Below, in pieces: positions 50,171-60,493 of a DNA stretch of 64,000 bases (the first letter of the stretch is position 1; every line of letters begins with the position of its first letter). Source of the DNA: a virus; the IMG/VR virus record IMGVR_UViG_3300045988_095964; one strand, given 5' to 3'. The position numbers were made by a program, and so were the translations under genes. The notes under the pieces were generated by a model. It was not told where the DNA came from. It was given only the letters and a program-made list of their open reading frames with translations, and made no database searches.

Positions 50171-51010
50171 ATGGCACTTATCAATGACGCAATAGGAGGA
50201 TTACAACGCAGGTTCCGGTCGCTGTTCAATACGGCTACTGGTTCTGCCAGTGGTAGCTACTTCTCACGGACCAAGTGGAACCGTGGTTATATCGTGCGCA
50301 AGTCCGATTCACTCAAAGAGTTCACATTTGACAATGGGTACACGTTCCAGTTTAACCCGACCCAGTTGAGCGACATTAAGACATCCAACTGGGAAACTCG
50401 TGCCTACGCCGGACTATCTTTCAATGACTACGTTTGGAGTGGCGGTGGTGAGCGTATCGTGTCGTTCTCCCTGCAACTGGATGATACTCCGGGATCACAT
50501 GTCGATTATTTTCTTGCAGACGCTATTGCGGCGTCTATTAAAAATAAAGCGTTACCCGGTACGCCATCGACACGGGAGGAACAGTTTAACCAAAGGGTTA
50601 AAGACGCTCTCGGAACCACTTTCGGTGTGCCTACCCGAAATACCAAGATGGTTGACTTCGATTGGGATATGAATACCGCCAAGAGTGTCACCCGTGTTCA
50701 CGAACGGGGAGTGCTCGATGCCGTGGAGTACATTCAATCGTTTCTCTATCCGGAACCTGTCGATGGTGAAACTCCTAAATTCGCAGAGGGCGGAGTTATA
50801 CCTATTAACCAATTCCGGCCACCTGCAATAGCAGTATTCAGCTTCGGTCCTATATTTTTGGAGGGAGTGGTAAAGTCGGCGCCGGTCAATTATACCTTAT
50901 TCGACAAGGACTTAACCCCTATACGGGCTGAGGTCAATGTTGAGTTGGGCATTATGGAGTTTGAAACTCTCAAAAACCATTACTTATTGTCGGACCCTTT
51001 TGCTAAATAG
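50171..51010 (+). CDS. Tube-initiator / CIS tube-like baseplate protein
   Basis: FTFDNGYTFQFNPTQLSDIKTSNWETRAYAGLS...GGGERIVSFSLQLDD matches the FNPe...W...G...l.l.ld pattern of contractile-system tube-initiator proteins. Confidence 0.55.
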   Translation: MALINDAIGGLQRRFRSLFNTATGSASGSYFSRTKWNRGYIVRKSDSLKEFTFDNGYTFQFNPTQLSDIKTSNWETRAYAGLSFNDYVWSGGGERIVSFSLQLDDTPGSHVDYFLADAIAASIKNKALPGTPSTREEQFNQRVKDALGTTFGVPTRNTKMVDFDWDMNTAKSVTRVHERGVLDAVEYIQSFLYPEPVDGETPKFAEGGVIPINQFRPPAIAVFSFGPIFLEGVVKSAPVNYTLFDKDLTPIRAEVNVELGIMEFETLKNHYLLSDPFAK

Positions 51011-51012
51011 CC

Positions 51013-51306
51013 ATGATTAACAACGGATTCTACAATTACCACAATCTCAAAGAGGAGTACCTCGGAGGCAAAGTACAACACTACCCGATTAAGGATGCGT
51101 CGGTAACGTTGGAGTGGTACGAGTATGTCGTAAAGGCTGGTGAAACGTTGTATTCCATAGCCGCAAAAGTGTTCGGCAGTACCATGATGCAGAACTGGAC
51201 ATATATTGCCGACAATAATCCCCCGCGTAATCCGGATGATTGGCGCATGGGAGATGTTCTGCGGCTTCCAAAAGTTATTATTCGAGATACTATCGTAAAC
51301 CGATGA
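51013..51306 (+). CDS. LysM-domain tail protein (P2 gpX-like)
   Basis: YVVKAGETLYSIAAKVFG...NP...GDVLRLP is a LysM signature. Confidence 0.65.
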   Translation: MINNGFYNYHNLKEEYLGGKVQHYPIKDASVTLEWYEYVVKAGETLYSIAAKVFGSTMMQNWTYIADNNPPRNPDDWRMGDVLRLPKVIIRDTIVNR

Positions 51307-52667
51307 GCAGTAATCCTATACAACCTCAATTCAAACTGAGGCTTTATATGAAAGGAGAGGTTCCCGTTGATTCTGACACTTTCCGTCAGAGAGGGGGGAC
51401 CCTCTCCAACATAGGTACTTCCCGGTATGTGGACATCGAATACTATACGGCCTATCCGGTTGAGTACGAGGAGCAGGCAAGTTTACTTAACTTTTTGCGT
51501 TTTACCATAGATAAAAATGCCGACCTTATCATTCACCGGCTCTTTATCGGACAGTGGGTGATCCTTTTTGGTGGCTACTATACGCCGGATGGTTCCGGTA
51601 TGCGTAAAGTATGTGGAGCTACTATTACTCGAATAAAAACCCGATTTACTGATAACGGACGCATTTCCATCGACATTGAGGCCATGTCGTATGGATTTAA
51701 TCAGATGGGTAAAGACACTGGTTACAACTACGCCTATCCCGATACTGGTAAGAATGCCCGAAAGTTTTTACGTGGTCGGACGTCTATATCTTTGGCTGAC
51801 CTCGTTAAAGGTATTGTTGAGGAAGATGGTATGGTCATGGGTCAGTTCTCCCTCCCTAAAAGAGTGGCTAAAACCACGTTCGACCTCAAAAATATACGCA
51901 GGCAGGTCAACCAGTCTGACTGGGCATTCCTCAATAAGCTCGGTAACGATTATGGATGCTCTGTCTGGACTGAAACTGTTGACGGTAAGGAAACTTTCAA
52001 CTTCGTCGAGACCACCAAGCTAAAAGAAACTCTTAACACGGATATTCAGTTCTTGTACGTTCCTCAGAATAGTGGCATTCATAGTGCCGAACGTTCCGAG
52101 ATGCAGATGTTTGACGACCCTAACTGGAATCGTGTACGGTTGCTCCGGAATGTCAGTGTCGATGAAGATATTAATGCCGCTTATGCCGTTAAGCGATCTG
52201 CTATGTACTTCAATAAACAGACTGGTGAGTTTGAGGAGACTATTGCTGAGGTTACAGAGGTTGATGGTAAGAAAGTCATCACTATGTACCATTTTGACGA
52301 GGAACGGGTAAAATATATCGAAGAAACTGACCCTGACTTGGCTGATCGAATTCGCCGGCTTGGACCGTTCAACATTGAGTGGAGTAGTGGTAGGGAACCC
52401 GAAAGTCCTCAGTTTGCCCGTTACTATTATAAGGCGGTTACCAAACCTTATGATGAGAGTGTAGCTGTATTCGACAAGGCGTTTCTCGGTATCAAAATTA
52501 AGGCCCGGTGTAATCAGGACCTCGATATTCACTCTCAGAGAGTGTACAATGTCCGCGGTATTTTAAGGTACAGCTCTACCGAAAAAACCGAGGGTTACTT
52601 TTTGCGCGGTCTGACCCACATTTGGGACGCCGATGGTACATGGACCGACTTAGATATGATAAAGTAA
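51303..52667 (+). CDS. Baseplate hub protein (P2 gpD / Mu gp44-like)
   Basis: 454 aa, between the LysM protein and the spike-like gene. The call is position-based. ATG at 51303. Confidence 0.5.
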   Translation: MSSNPIQPQFKLRLYMKGEVPVDSDTFRQRGGTLSNIGTSRYVDIEYYTAYPVEYEEQASLLNFLRFTIDKNADLIIHRLFIGQWVILFGGYYTPDGSGMRKVCGATITRIKTRFTDNGRISIDIEAMSYGFNQMGKDTGYNYAYPDTGKNARKFLRGRTSISLADLVKGIVEEDGMVMGQFSLPKRVAKTTFDLKNIRRQVNQSDWAFLNKLGNDYGCSVWTETVDGKETFNFVETTKLKETLNTDIQFLYVPQNSGIHSAERSEMQMFDDPNWNRVRLLRNVSVDEDINAAYAVKRSAMYFNKQTGEFEETIAEVTEVDGKKVITMYHFDEERVKYIEETDPDLADRIRRLGPFNIEWSSGREPESPQFARYYYKAVTKPYDESVAVFDKAFLGIKIKARCNQDLDIHSQRVYNVRGILRYSSTEKTEGYFLRGLTHIWDADGTWTDLDMIK

Positions 52668-53089
52668 TGATAGAATTCGCTAAAATAGTCGGTGAACTGG
52701 ATGGTTCCTACCTCCGTGTGCAAATCCGTACCGGGGAGGAATTTCTTGCGCCTATGGCTGTTGTCGGTAATGGGGTTACCTTACCCTCTGCACAATGGGT
52801 GAGTGAGAACAAAGACAAGTTCATGGCGCTTGTTACTTACGAAAAAGATTTGTACCTTTCGCCTATAATTATAGGATTTTATCCACTTTCCGGAGCAAGT
52901 TCCGAGAGTTATGACACGGTTGAGCGGTTACTATCCGTCTGCATAGCCCTTGTAGAACAACTGCTCAAAGCAAAAGTTAACACGATGCTGGGTCCTCAGC
53001 CCTTCATGCCAGACACTATTCAAGTGTTCAATGATTTGAAGACCCAACTCGACGAGATAAAGAAACTTATTTTACCCGTAAAACTTTGA
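52667..53089 (+). CDS. Baseplate spike / gpV-like
   Basis: 140 aa. ATG at 52667 (TAATG overlap). Called from position in P2/Mu synteny. Confidence 0.45.
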   Translation: MIEFAKIVGELDGSYLRVQIRTGEEFLAPMAVVGNGVTLPSAQWVSENKDKFMALVTYEKDLYLSPIIIGFYPLSGASSESYDTVERLLSVCIALVEQLLKAKVNTMLGPQPFMPDTIQVFNDLKTQLDEIKKLILPVKL

Positions 53090-53092
53090 GGT

Positions 53093-53368
53093 ATGGCGCT
53101 CAATAAACAACAGTTGTACTCGGACATCTATAACGGATTTGTAGCTATCTTCAACGAACGCGCCGAAGCCGCTACTAATGGTGACGAGAACGCCGACCCC
53201 AAAGAGATAATCAAACAGGTATGCGCAGATATGGCTACGTGTGTCTCTGACGCAGTCGAGATTTATGTGAAATCCGGCGACATCAAGATCAGTAGTGCCA
53301 ACATTAAGGTTACTGCTCCTAACGGAGCGTGTACGGTAACTCCGGCGACACCTGCAAAAGTGGAGTAG
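53093..53368 (+). CDS. hypothetical baseplate-module protein
   Basis: A 91-aa ATG ORF. Confidence 0.45.
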   Translation: MALNKQQLYSDIYNGFVAIFNERAEAATNGDENADPKEIIKQVCADMATCVSDAVEIYVKSGDIKISSANIKVTAPNGACTVTPATPAKVE

Positions 53369-53369
53369 T

Positions 53370-53735
53370 ATGCGTGGATTAACATGTAGATTCAAAATGG
53401 ACAACGGTAAACTCGCTTTATCGTCAGGTTCAACGAAAGCTCAGGATGACATTTGGTTTTACTGCGTTTTCGATAAGCTACGTGTGTATACGTCTGACTA
53501 CGGATTTAATTTCCGGGCATTGGAGCAACGGCCTACGTCGTTCTTCCTTATCAACCGGGCGCTTATAACCTCCACACTTAAAAACGGAATCGAGAAATAC
53601 ACGAATGACTTAAAGGTCAACAGTGTGGATGTAGGATATGACCCTGCCGACGACAACAAGCAGATTCGTTTGCTTATCGACTATTCCTCTGTGGAGGAAA
53701 ACAAAACCGAGGTAAAGGGTGTAACATTTGTATAA
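53370..53735 (+). CDS. Baseplate wedge gpW/gp25-like
   Basis: 121 aa, upstream of the J-like gene. The call is position-based. Confidence 0.45.
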   Translation: MRGLTCRFKMDNGKLALSSGSTKAQDDIWFYCVFDKLRVYTSDYGFNFRALEQRPTSFFLINRALITSTLKNGIEKYTNDLKVNSVDVGYDPADDNKQIRLLIDYSSVEENKTEVKGVTFV

Positions 53736-55257
53736 TATGGCTGATACCAAAGAATCCCTCGTTGCGTATTTTTCCGGATTACCCCTTGGAACGCTCCAAA
53801 AGTTAAAGAGGTACTCCGAATTACTTATCATCCCGGAGGATGACCTGTTGACCAACGCAACCATGATACAGATGGTCGATAAGGCTCACTTATTGGCTGA
53901 TTCATTGTTTCCCGAATGGACTGACCGGAGTAAGTCTGATTTCGGTGAATTCTTGGTAGAGCTATTCGGGTTGTTCTCTGAAAAGGACTTTTGGTATATC
54001 AACGCCTTTGCCAACGAGAGCATTCTTCGAAAAGCCCGGTCATACAGTAACGTATTTTCTCAGGTTTCTGCGTTGGGGTATACTCCGGTACTCTGCAAGG
54101 GAAGTGTGGCTACGTTCAGTGTGTCTTTTGCCGCTGGAAATCCTGTCATTTACCAACGTGGCGATTTGACTATCTTAGTCGGCGACATACCTTTTACGAA
54201 CGATGAAGCATTCGAGGTTCCTGCGGATGCTACCACCACCACGTTACAACTGCACGCCGGAAAATTCAACGCTGAGGACATTACGTTCAACGGAAACAAT
54301 ATCTTTCTCCGGCAGAAGAACATCGACATAGACAGTATCTTTGTTCAGATCGACAATATCCAGTATACCCGTGTAGGGACGTTCGGTAATTCGGGTGCTG
54401 ACAGCACGCACTTTATGGTGCTTCCGGAGGAGGATGGTTCCGTTTCCATCTACTTCGGCCATGACGGTTTCGGAATTCAACCCGAACTCGGTAAGGGTAT
54501 TCATGTGGACTATCGTACTTGCGACGGTCCTAACCAAGACTTCGCCTTTCCTACCACTATGGAGGTTAAGTCCGGCGATGACCTTGCCGAAAGACCCGTA
54601 ACTGCGGTAACTGTTACGACTGCCGGGACCGGTGGTTCCTATGCTGAGAGCCTTACGTCTATCCGTGAAAAGGCTCCGTTGATGATCGGAACTCAAGGAG
54701 CCGCTGTTAACACGACCGTGACCAAGAAACTTTTGGACAGTCTTTCCTTTATAAAGAGGTCCTATGTCGAGGTCAGTGGTCAAACCCTCTCGTACAAGGC
54801 TATCCCACTGTCGGGTGGTGAGGATTTATCCTCCGATGAACAAGCGCAAGTCGCTGATTTTCTGAATCCTCGGTTAATGATGGGATATTCGGCGACGTAC
54901 ACTCCTAATAACTATGTTGATCTACTCAGAGTAGCTTCTACTCAAGGTGTCGCCACTGCCATTATCTTGGATATTGTGTATTTGCGCGGTTATAAGACCT
55001 CTGTTATCGAGGGTAACGTGAAACAGATTATCCAAGATGTCACCAATCCGTTGGTTAAGGCTGACTATGGTTCCGGCTTCGATCTTACGTCGGTGGACGT
55101 ACTTATCAGAAGTTCTGTTCCCGGTGTTCAGAGTGTAAGTTTCAAGGCTCTTGTCGGTAACGCCGAGGTTCCTATGCAGAGCTACGTCATGCCGGCAGGA
55201 AGTATTTTCAAGAAATTGTCCGAAAGCGTTATAACATGTAGGTTCAATGCGATTTAG
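53728..55257 (+). CDS. Baseplate J-like protein
   Basis: 509 aa. Size and synteny follow the W-J-I order. Confidence 0.55.
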   Translation: MYNMADTKESLVAYFSGLPLGTLQKLKRYSELLIIPEDDLLTNATMIQMVDKAHLLADSLFPEWTDRSKSDFGEFLVELFGLFSEKDFWYINAFANESILRKARSYSNVFSQVSALGYTPVLCKGSVATFSVSFAAGNPVIYQRGDLTILVGDIPFTNDEAFEVPADATTTTLQLHAGKFNAEDITFNGNNIFLRQKNIDIDSIFVQIDNIQYTRVGTFGNSGADSTHFMVLPEEDGSVSIYFGHDGFGIQPELGKGIHVDYRTCDGPNQDFAFPTTMEVKSGDDLAERPVTAVTVTTAGTGGSYAESLTSIREKAPLMIGTQGAAVNTTVTKKLLDSLSFIKRSYVEVSGQTLSYKAIPLSGGEDLSSDEQAQVADFLNPRLMMGYSATYTPNNYVDLLRVASTQGVATAIILDIVYLRGYKTSVIEGNVKQIIQDVTNPLVKADYGSGFDLTSVDVLIRSSVPGVQSVSFKALVGNAEVPMQSYVMPAGSIFKKLSESVITCRFNAI

Positions 55258-55993
55258 TGACTTCATACCAACCGAGGTTAAGGAGCAGGAGTTAACTTAT
55301 AAGTTAATTTCTGTTCTCGACCGTTTGCAAGCGTACAAGGAATCCCTTGTATACGACGCTTTACGGACCACGAATAATGCGCTGATCGACAATAAAACGT
55401 GGCTTATTAAGAAATTGGGTGACTTCGGTTTCGAGAGAATACCTTACGAGCTACCTCTACTGGTGCTTCAACAGCTCTTACTCAATGTCAACAAACTCAA
55501 CTCATTACGAGGGAGTTATGTAGGTGTCGAGCTGTTTGTCAGTATAATCACTATGGGAGAGGTTACTATCGACACCTCCGGATGGGTGAAAAAATCCCAG
55601 CAGTTGACTCCCAATTCTTTGGAGCAAGGCTACATTGTGGACGATAATTCGAAACCCACGTTCTATATCGTAGACAATAACGACATTCTTAAACAGGAAA
55701 ACAAACTGACTATCTCGGTCAAGAGTCCTTATTACGGAGTCATGGACTTACAGATCGCCGCGTATGAGGGTGTAGTCAGTGAGTACGAGGGCAAAAAGGC
55801 CGGTTACCCGTATATAGTCAGTGACGAGGGCTGGGGAATTCCCGAAATCGGCGAATACCTTATCGGTGATGAAAACAACAAGGGTGCTATACTGGAGTAT
55901 ATCAACTTTTATTCGGAAGCTGAGATAACGTGGAATCTTTCCGGTAGACTCACTCCCTACTATCATAAACTGTTAAATCCCTATTTCGTATGA
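55247..55993 (+). CDS. Baseplate/tail protein gpI-like
   Basis: 248 aa, overlapping the end of the J-like gene. Called from synteny. Confidence 0.45.
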   Translation: MRFSDFIPTEVKEQELTYKLISVLDRLQAYKESLVYDALRTTNNALIDNKTWLIKKLGDFGFERIPYELPLLVLQQLLLNVNKLNSLRGSYVGVELFVSIITMGEVTIDTSGWVKKSQQLTPNSLEQGYIVDDNSKPTFYIVDNNDILKQENKLTISVKSPYYGVMDLQIAAYEGVVSEYEGKKAGYPYIVSDEGWGIPEIGEYLIGDENNKGAILEYINFYSEAEITWNLSGRLTPYYHKLLNPYFV

Positions 55994-57084
55994 GCAATAT
56001 TAAAGACAAGCTGTTCAATGCGTCTCAGAAAATAATTCGTGCCGTGTTCCACGGTGCGCCGAATCTTTTTACCGCTCCGGATATTAACCGGCAATTAGCC
56101 GCATTCGACTATCGGTTCCAGCAAAAGGAGAAATATCTTCCGGTAGTAGCTAAAATGTCCTATCGTATTGCCTTTTCACTGGAAATAACGTACAGTTATA
56201 TAGAACTTGCGGGTACTGTCTTATATGATGGACCCTCTATAACTATCAAGCTTGAAACGAACGTTGAGGACGGTTGGTTCGGTGCAGGTATTTGGGTTAA
56301 AAAAGAGTTGGTTACCTATGATACTGATGGAGCCGATCACCTTATATCAGGAGCGGTTTTCAATGACGGAACCTCTCAAAGTGCCGCAGATCATTATGTG
56401 ATTAGTGACTGGGGATTCTGTTATGGCTCTTGGACAGCAACAGGTGAACCTGACGCCGTAGAATGGTTCGGTGTTCCCGAAGGTGCGGAAGTTGTCGCAG
56501 TACCTATTGTAAGTGTGGACCCCGAACAGGGTGGTTGGGAACGTGCGGACAATTTCTTACCTCCGGAGCTGCCTTTTATGGCTCAGATTCAAAGAAACAT
56601 CAATAAGGTGGCTGATACTGCTTTTGCGCAGTCGCGTTATTCGGTTGATGCGAACACAGGAGCAACCCCATATTCTGCAACTCTTAATGGGACACTTACT
56701 GTTACTAAGAACAGATTCGGAGTTACGTTTTTCTTTGACGGCACTTTTTGGTGGAAACCCAGTGGGACTATCTCCGGCGACTATACCGTCCTTTATCGCA
56801 TACTTCGGACTTCGGGAAGCCCACAATTTTCTGCGGAAGATTTTAACCAAATTAAGGAGATGGTATCAGCTACCTCTTTAACAGGTCGCGGCGTTACAGT
56901 TTGTGCTAAAACGTATATCTTAGAGGATGGTTCCAATAAGGATAAAGGGTATATTGAAGCGACTGTAATGGTGAATCAAGGTAATTTGGACTTGGTTGTC
57001 TACCGTGACGCAATCGGTACTGAGACTTTGGACCTCGGTAGAGCGGTCGGTATCTCCTTTCAAATAGTATTTTTAGGTAAATAA
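55990..57084 (+). CDS. Putative short fibre / receptor-binding protein
   Basis: 364 aa, the last gene of the baseplate operon, with an ATGA overlap. Confidence 0.4.
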   Translation: MSNIKDKLFNASQKIIRAVFHGAPNLFTAPDINRQLAAFDYRFQQKEKYLPVVAKMSYRIAFSLEITYSYIELAGTVLYDGPSITIKLETNVEDGWFGAGIWVKKELVTYDTDGADHLISGAVFNDGTSQSAADHYVISDWGFCYGSWTATGEPDAVEWFGVPEGAEVVAVPIVSVDPEQGGWERADNFLPPELPFMAQIQRNINKVADTAFAQSRYSVDANTGATPYSATLNGTLTVTKNRFGVTFFFDGTFWWKPSGTISGDYTVLYRILRTSGSPQFSAEDFNQIKEMVSATSLTGRGVTVCAKTYILEDGSNKDKGYIEATVMVNQGNLDLVVYRDAIGTETLDLGRAVGISFQIVFLGK

Positions 57085-57101
57085 TGATGCTAATTTAGGT
57101 G

Positions 57102-57133
57102 TTTGGAAGTTTAAAAATTTTTTCGTATATTTA
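57102..57133 (+). promoter_or_regulatory. Class-1 phage promoter, copy P4
   Basis: tttggaagtttaaaaattttttcgtatattta, in the same 23-nt register. Confidence 0.6.
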
Positions 57134-57140
57134 TCCAAGT

Positions 57141-57182
57141 TGGTCCGGTAAACGATTAAGCCTCGATGCTTAGGTCGGACCA
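57141..57182 (+). promoter_or_regulatory. Leader stem-loop downstream of P4
   Basis: tggtccg (57141-47) pairs with cggacca (57176-82), with an inner taagc-ctcgat-gctta hairpin. Confidence 0.35.
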
Positions 57183-57234
57183 TAAATATATAGTAATATA
57201 TAATAAAGGGTAAATTTGAATCCATCTGATATGG

Positions 57235-57945
57235 ATGGTCTCGGCAACACACGAAGCTATGAGTGAATATATTGGTTTGGAGTTTAGTGAACGCTTAACT
57301 CAATCGGAAGACAAATTCGCTTTATCAGGGTCTCCCTTTCATGGTGAACAAATGCTATCGGTTTCGGTCGAAACTCTTAACCGGCATTGGTACGGACATC
57401 TCGCTGGTTACGTTAACCGGCTTAACTCCCGGATTGACGAGGTGAATAAGTTGGGTGTTCGTGTGATAGAGGAATCTCTGATTTTTGCTGACTACACGTT
57501 GCAGAACTTAATGCAGTCGCGTGACGTGTGGGTACGCAATTACGCTTCGGGTGTGTATAATCATTTATTCTATTTCGAGGCACTCAATAAAGATTCTTTA
57601 TTACCGGATGAGTTCCGCGCTTTACTCGAAAAACATTTCGGCGACACCGAAAAAATGCAGGAAGCGTTTATGGCACAAGTCCGCATCAATATCGGTTCGG
57701 GCTATGTTTGGATGATGCACAATGATCAGCGTGGTGTACATTTTAAGTGGACCCCTAACCTGCTCAATCCTTTATGGGAGGACATCCCTCCTACGTGGAG
57801 AGGGAAACCACTGTGGTGTGTTGACCTGTGGGAACACGCATGGTATTTGGATCACCTTACGCTGGATTCTTACGTCAATAAAATTTGGGACACTGTTAAC
57901 TGGGAAGTAGTAACCGAACGCGCCAAGAAATATGGATTATTGTAG
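57235..57945 (+). CDS. Fe/Mn-type superoxide dismutase
   Basis: RHWYGHLAGYVNRLN, YNHLFYFEAL and DLWEHAWYLD align to the SOD signatures. All four metal-ligand positions (H, H, D, H) are present. Confidence 0.8.
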   Translation: MVSATHEAMSEYIGLEFSERLTQSEDKFALSGSPFHGEQMLSVSVETLNRHWYGHLAGYVNRLNSRIDEVNKLGVRVIEESLIFADYTLQNLMQSRDVWVRNYASGVYNHLFYFEALNKDSLLPDEFRALLEKHFGDTEKMQEAFMAQVRINIGSGYVWMMHNDQRGVHFKWTPNLLNPLWEDIPPTWRGKPLWCVDLWEHAWYLDHLTLDSYVNKIWDTVNWEVVTERAKKYGLL

Positions 57946-59461
57946 CAATCTACTCGTTACCGAACATGAAATAGCCGAACATGACACAACCGTCGAAGAT
58001 ATACAGAAGACGCTTACGCTCCCGAATCCGGAGTACCAGAATATCCTCCGGTTCCGTAAAGGTCGCTTCTATAAGAAGGTAGACCCTACGATCTGTTATC
58101 TTCGCAAGTCCGGCGATAAATACATTTTACCCCGTTATTATTTCGGGTTGCCCGATACTGACCGCGGAATGATCTTAGGACGTAAGACCTCCTATGAGTT
58201 CCGCGGTAAACCGCGTAAATATCAACAGGAGTTTTTCGACAAGAATCCCGGTTTCTATAAGGATTCCGGTATTTTAATCGAGATGCCCTGTGGACATGGT
58301 AAGACATTCTCTGCTATTCTTCGTGCGCATACGTTAGGGAGACAGACGTTGGTTTTGGTCCCCACGTATTTCTTGGCGCGTCAATGGAACAAGGCTATCC
58401 AAGAAGTTACGGACGCCAGTATTGTTATTCTTACTTCGGATTCCAAGGAGTTGCCTTTTGACCGGGATTTTACTATCGTGGTCATGGATTTGTTCGCCGC
58501 CCGTGTGTTACCGGAGGAGTTCGTTCAGAATGTCGGGCATGTTATTTTGGATGAGGCGCATCGTGTCGGTGCTGACACCTACATGCCTATACTGGATGAA
58601 TTGCCCGCGTATTATCGCACGGCTCTTACTGCTACGTTTCGCCGCGGTGATGGCGTTCATCGAATATTGCGGTATCATTTTGGCGGACATATTCAGATGC
58701 GCTATCAGTTTGCCAAACCGCAGGTATACTCCGTTAATACGATGGTAGAGGTTAAGGGTGTTACTACGAAGAATCGTCCGCATACGGCAATACTGAAATA
58801 CTTGGAACGCCATAAAATTCCCTATGAGGAAACACGTTCGGCGATAAGTTTTGATCCGACCAAGTGTAAGGATGTCGAGGCAGATTTCGCTTCCGGATTA
58901 CTCAATAAAACCGAATACCGGGAACTGACCTCCACGGTTAGGCGTGCCACTGAGATGTCTTTTCCTACGCTGGAGAGTTTTCTCAGCGAACATTGCGGTC
59001 GCCGTAAAAGAGTTATCCGTATTATCCAAGAGGCGCTCAATGCCGGAAGAACCGTTCTATTTCTCTCCAAGCGCAAGGAGATACTCAAAGCGATGTACAA
59101 ATATTTCGCTTCGTATAAGCCCATGCTGGTTATCTCCGAGACCAATTCTTTTACTGACGAGGAAGTTCGGTACATGCAGGATGAATGTCCGTTGGTTCTC
59201 GGTGTTACTCAGCTTGCCAAAGAGGGCTTGGATATTCCCCGGCTCGACACCCTTATTGTTCATTTACCGTTGAAAGATACTGAACAGGCTATCGGTCGTA
59301 TCTCTCGGCAGTATGAGGGTAAAAAGTTTCCGGTCGCTATCTATTTGTTGGATCAGTGCGCTTTCGCCTACGGTGTATTTACCTCGGCGCAGAAAGTCAT
59401 CGCCATTAATGGGGAGTACGCCGGAAAGGTTTCTCTGCGAAATATTCAAAACATTTTTTAA
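57932..59461 (+). CDS. Superfamily-2 DEAH-box helicase
   Basis: Motif I MPCGHGKTF, motif II ILDEAHRV, motif III LTATF, and motif VI QAIGRISR. Confidence 0.85.
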   Translation: MDYCSNLLVTEHEIAEHDTTVEDIQKTLTLPNPEYQNILRFRKGRFYKKVDPTICYLRKSGDKYILPRYYFGLPDTDRGMILGRKTSYEFRGKPRKYQQEFFDKNPGFYKDSGILIEMPCGHGKTFSAILRAHTLGRQTLVLVPTYFLARQWNKAIQEVTDASIVILTSDSKELPFDRDFTIVVMDLFAARVLPEEFVQNVGHVILDEAHRVGADTYMPILDELPAYYRTALTATFRRGDGVHRILRYHFGGHIQMRYQFAKPQVYSVNTMVEVKGVTTKNRPHTAILKYLERHKIPYEETRSAISFDPTKCKDVEADFASGLLNKTEYRELTSTVRRATEMSFPTLESFLSEHCGRRKRVIRIIQEALNAGRTVLFLSKRKEILKAMYKYFASYKPMLVISETNSFTDEEVRYMQDECPLVLGVTQLAKEGLDIPRLDTLIVHLPLKDTEQAIGRISRQYEGKKFPVAIYLLDQCAFAYGVFTSAQKVIAINGEYAGKVSLRNIQNIF

Positions 59462-59462
59462 T

Positions 59463-59651
59463 ATGAGCAAAGATTTTCGTGTAGAATTTCGCACTGGTTT
59501 TTGGTGGCTTTTACTTATAATTGTCACCTTTTTGACCCTCGGTCCCCTCGCCGTGGTATTTCGGGTCATTTCTTTTACTTCGGGATGCGTGTTCGAACTA
59601 TTACTGGAGGGTATTCGTATGGCCGCATTCAGAACTGTCAAACAAAACTAA
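59463..59651 (+). CDS. Small membrane protein
   Basis: ATG at 59463, with TM segment FWWLLLIIVTFLTLGPLAVVF. Confidence 0.45.
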   Translation: MSKDFRVEFRTGFWWLLLIIVTFLTLGPLAVVFRVISFTSGCVFELLLEGIRMAAFRTVKQN

Positions 59652-59655
59652 GAAT

Positions 59656-59880
59656 ATGTTACGTGAGATAAGCAAATTGATTATTTTTGTAGTCGCGTTC
59701 GCTATGCCGGTAACTGTTGCCCGGATGTTTGATTCACCCGGCTTTCTGTGGTTATACGGGGTTTCGGCAATGTTTGTACTGGCCTTGCATAATCATTATG
59801 AGACATTGGAGCGCATCGACATTTTCAGAGACAACTATAAAGACGATAATGATGAGAGAGATTCTTCCGCCGGGAACTAA
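59656..59880 (+). CDS. Small membrane protein
   Basis: 74 aa with two hydrophobic segments. Confidence 0.45.
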   Translation: MLREISKLIIFVVAFAMPVTVARMFDSPGFLWLYGVSAMFVLALHNHYETLERIDIFRDNYKDDNDERDSSAGN

Positions 59881-60493
59881 ATTGCCCGCAACGCGCCGTG
59901 AGAGACGGTTGCTTCAACGCCGTGGCGTCCGTAAGGATGCTTGGGAAACCTATGTCGATAACCGAGGAGCCGAGTACGACTACAAATGGGTCGCCAAAGT
60001 AGCTTCGTTCTTCAATTTTGCGATGGGAGGTTTCCTCAGCGGATTCCCTATTCTCGTCAAGAAACTTCACTATCCCGCATGGGCGTGCTATCCGTTCTTT
60101 TTCGTGCGCCGGGATTTGCATGTGGCTGACCCGATTCCTATTCTCAACCATGAGCGAATCCATGTGGTTCAACAGAGGGAGATGCACACGTTTATCAGCC
60201 TGCCGCTTATCGCGCTTTCAGCGTTTACTACTCCGTGGTTGCTGGGGTTGGTTCCTTTTGTGCCGGCTATCGTATACGGTTTGGAGTTTCTGCGTGTGTG
60301 GATGCGTATGGCGCGACTGAAAGCTCTCGGTGAGTACGAGGGAAACCTCACGGCTCAGATCATACGTGCCAACACATGCTTCGAGGCCGAGGCTACGTCC
60401 CGCGCGACAAATGCAGACTATTTGTTACACCGGAAACTTTTCGCCGAAATCGCTTATACGGGATGGCGATTGTTCCGTAAATACGGACAGTAA
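59849..60493 (+). CDS. Membrane protein with HExxH motif (NHERIHVVQQ)
   Basis: ATG at 59849 inside track ORF 59717-60493. HERIHVVQQ resembles the HExxHxxQ of the 15623-16096 product. Confidence 0.5.
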   Translation: MMREILPPGTKLPATRRERRLLQRRGVRKDAWETYVDNRGAEYDYKWVAKVASFFNFAMGGFLSGFPILVKKLHYPAWACYPFFFVRRDLHVADPIPILNHERIHVVQQREMHTFISLPLIALSAFTTPWLLGLVPFVPAIVYGLEFLRVWMRMARLKALGEYEGNLTAQIIRANTCFEAEATSRATNADYLLHRKLFAEIAYTGWRLFRKYGQ

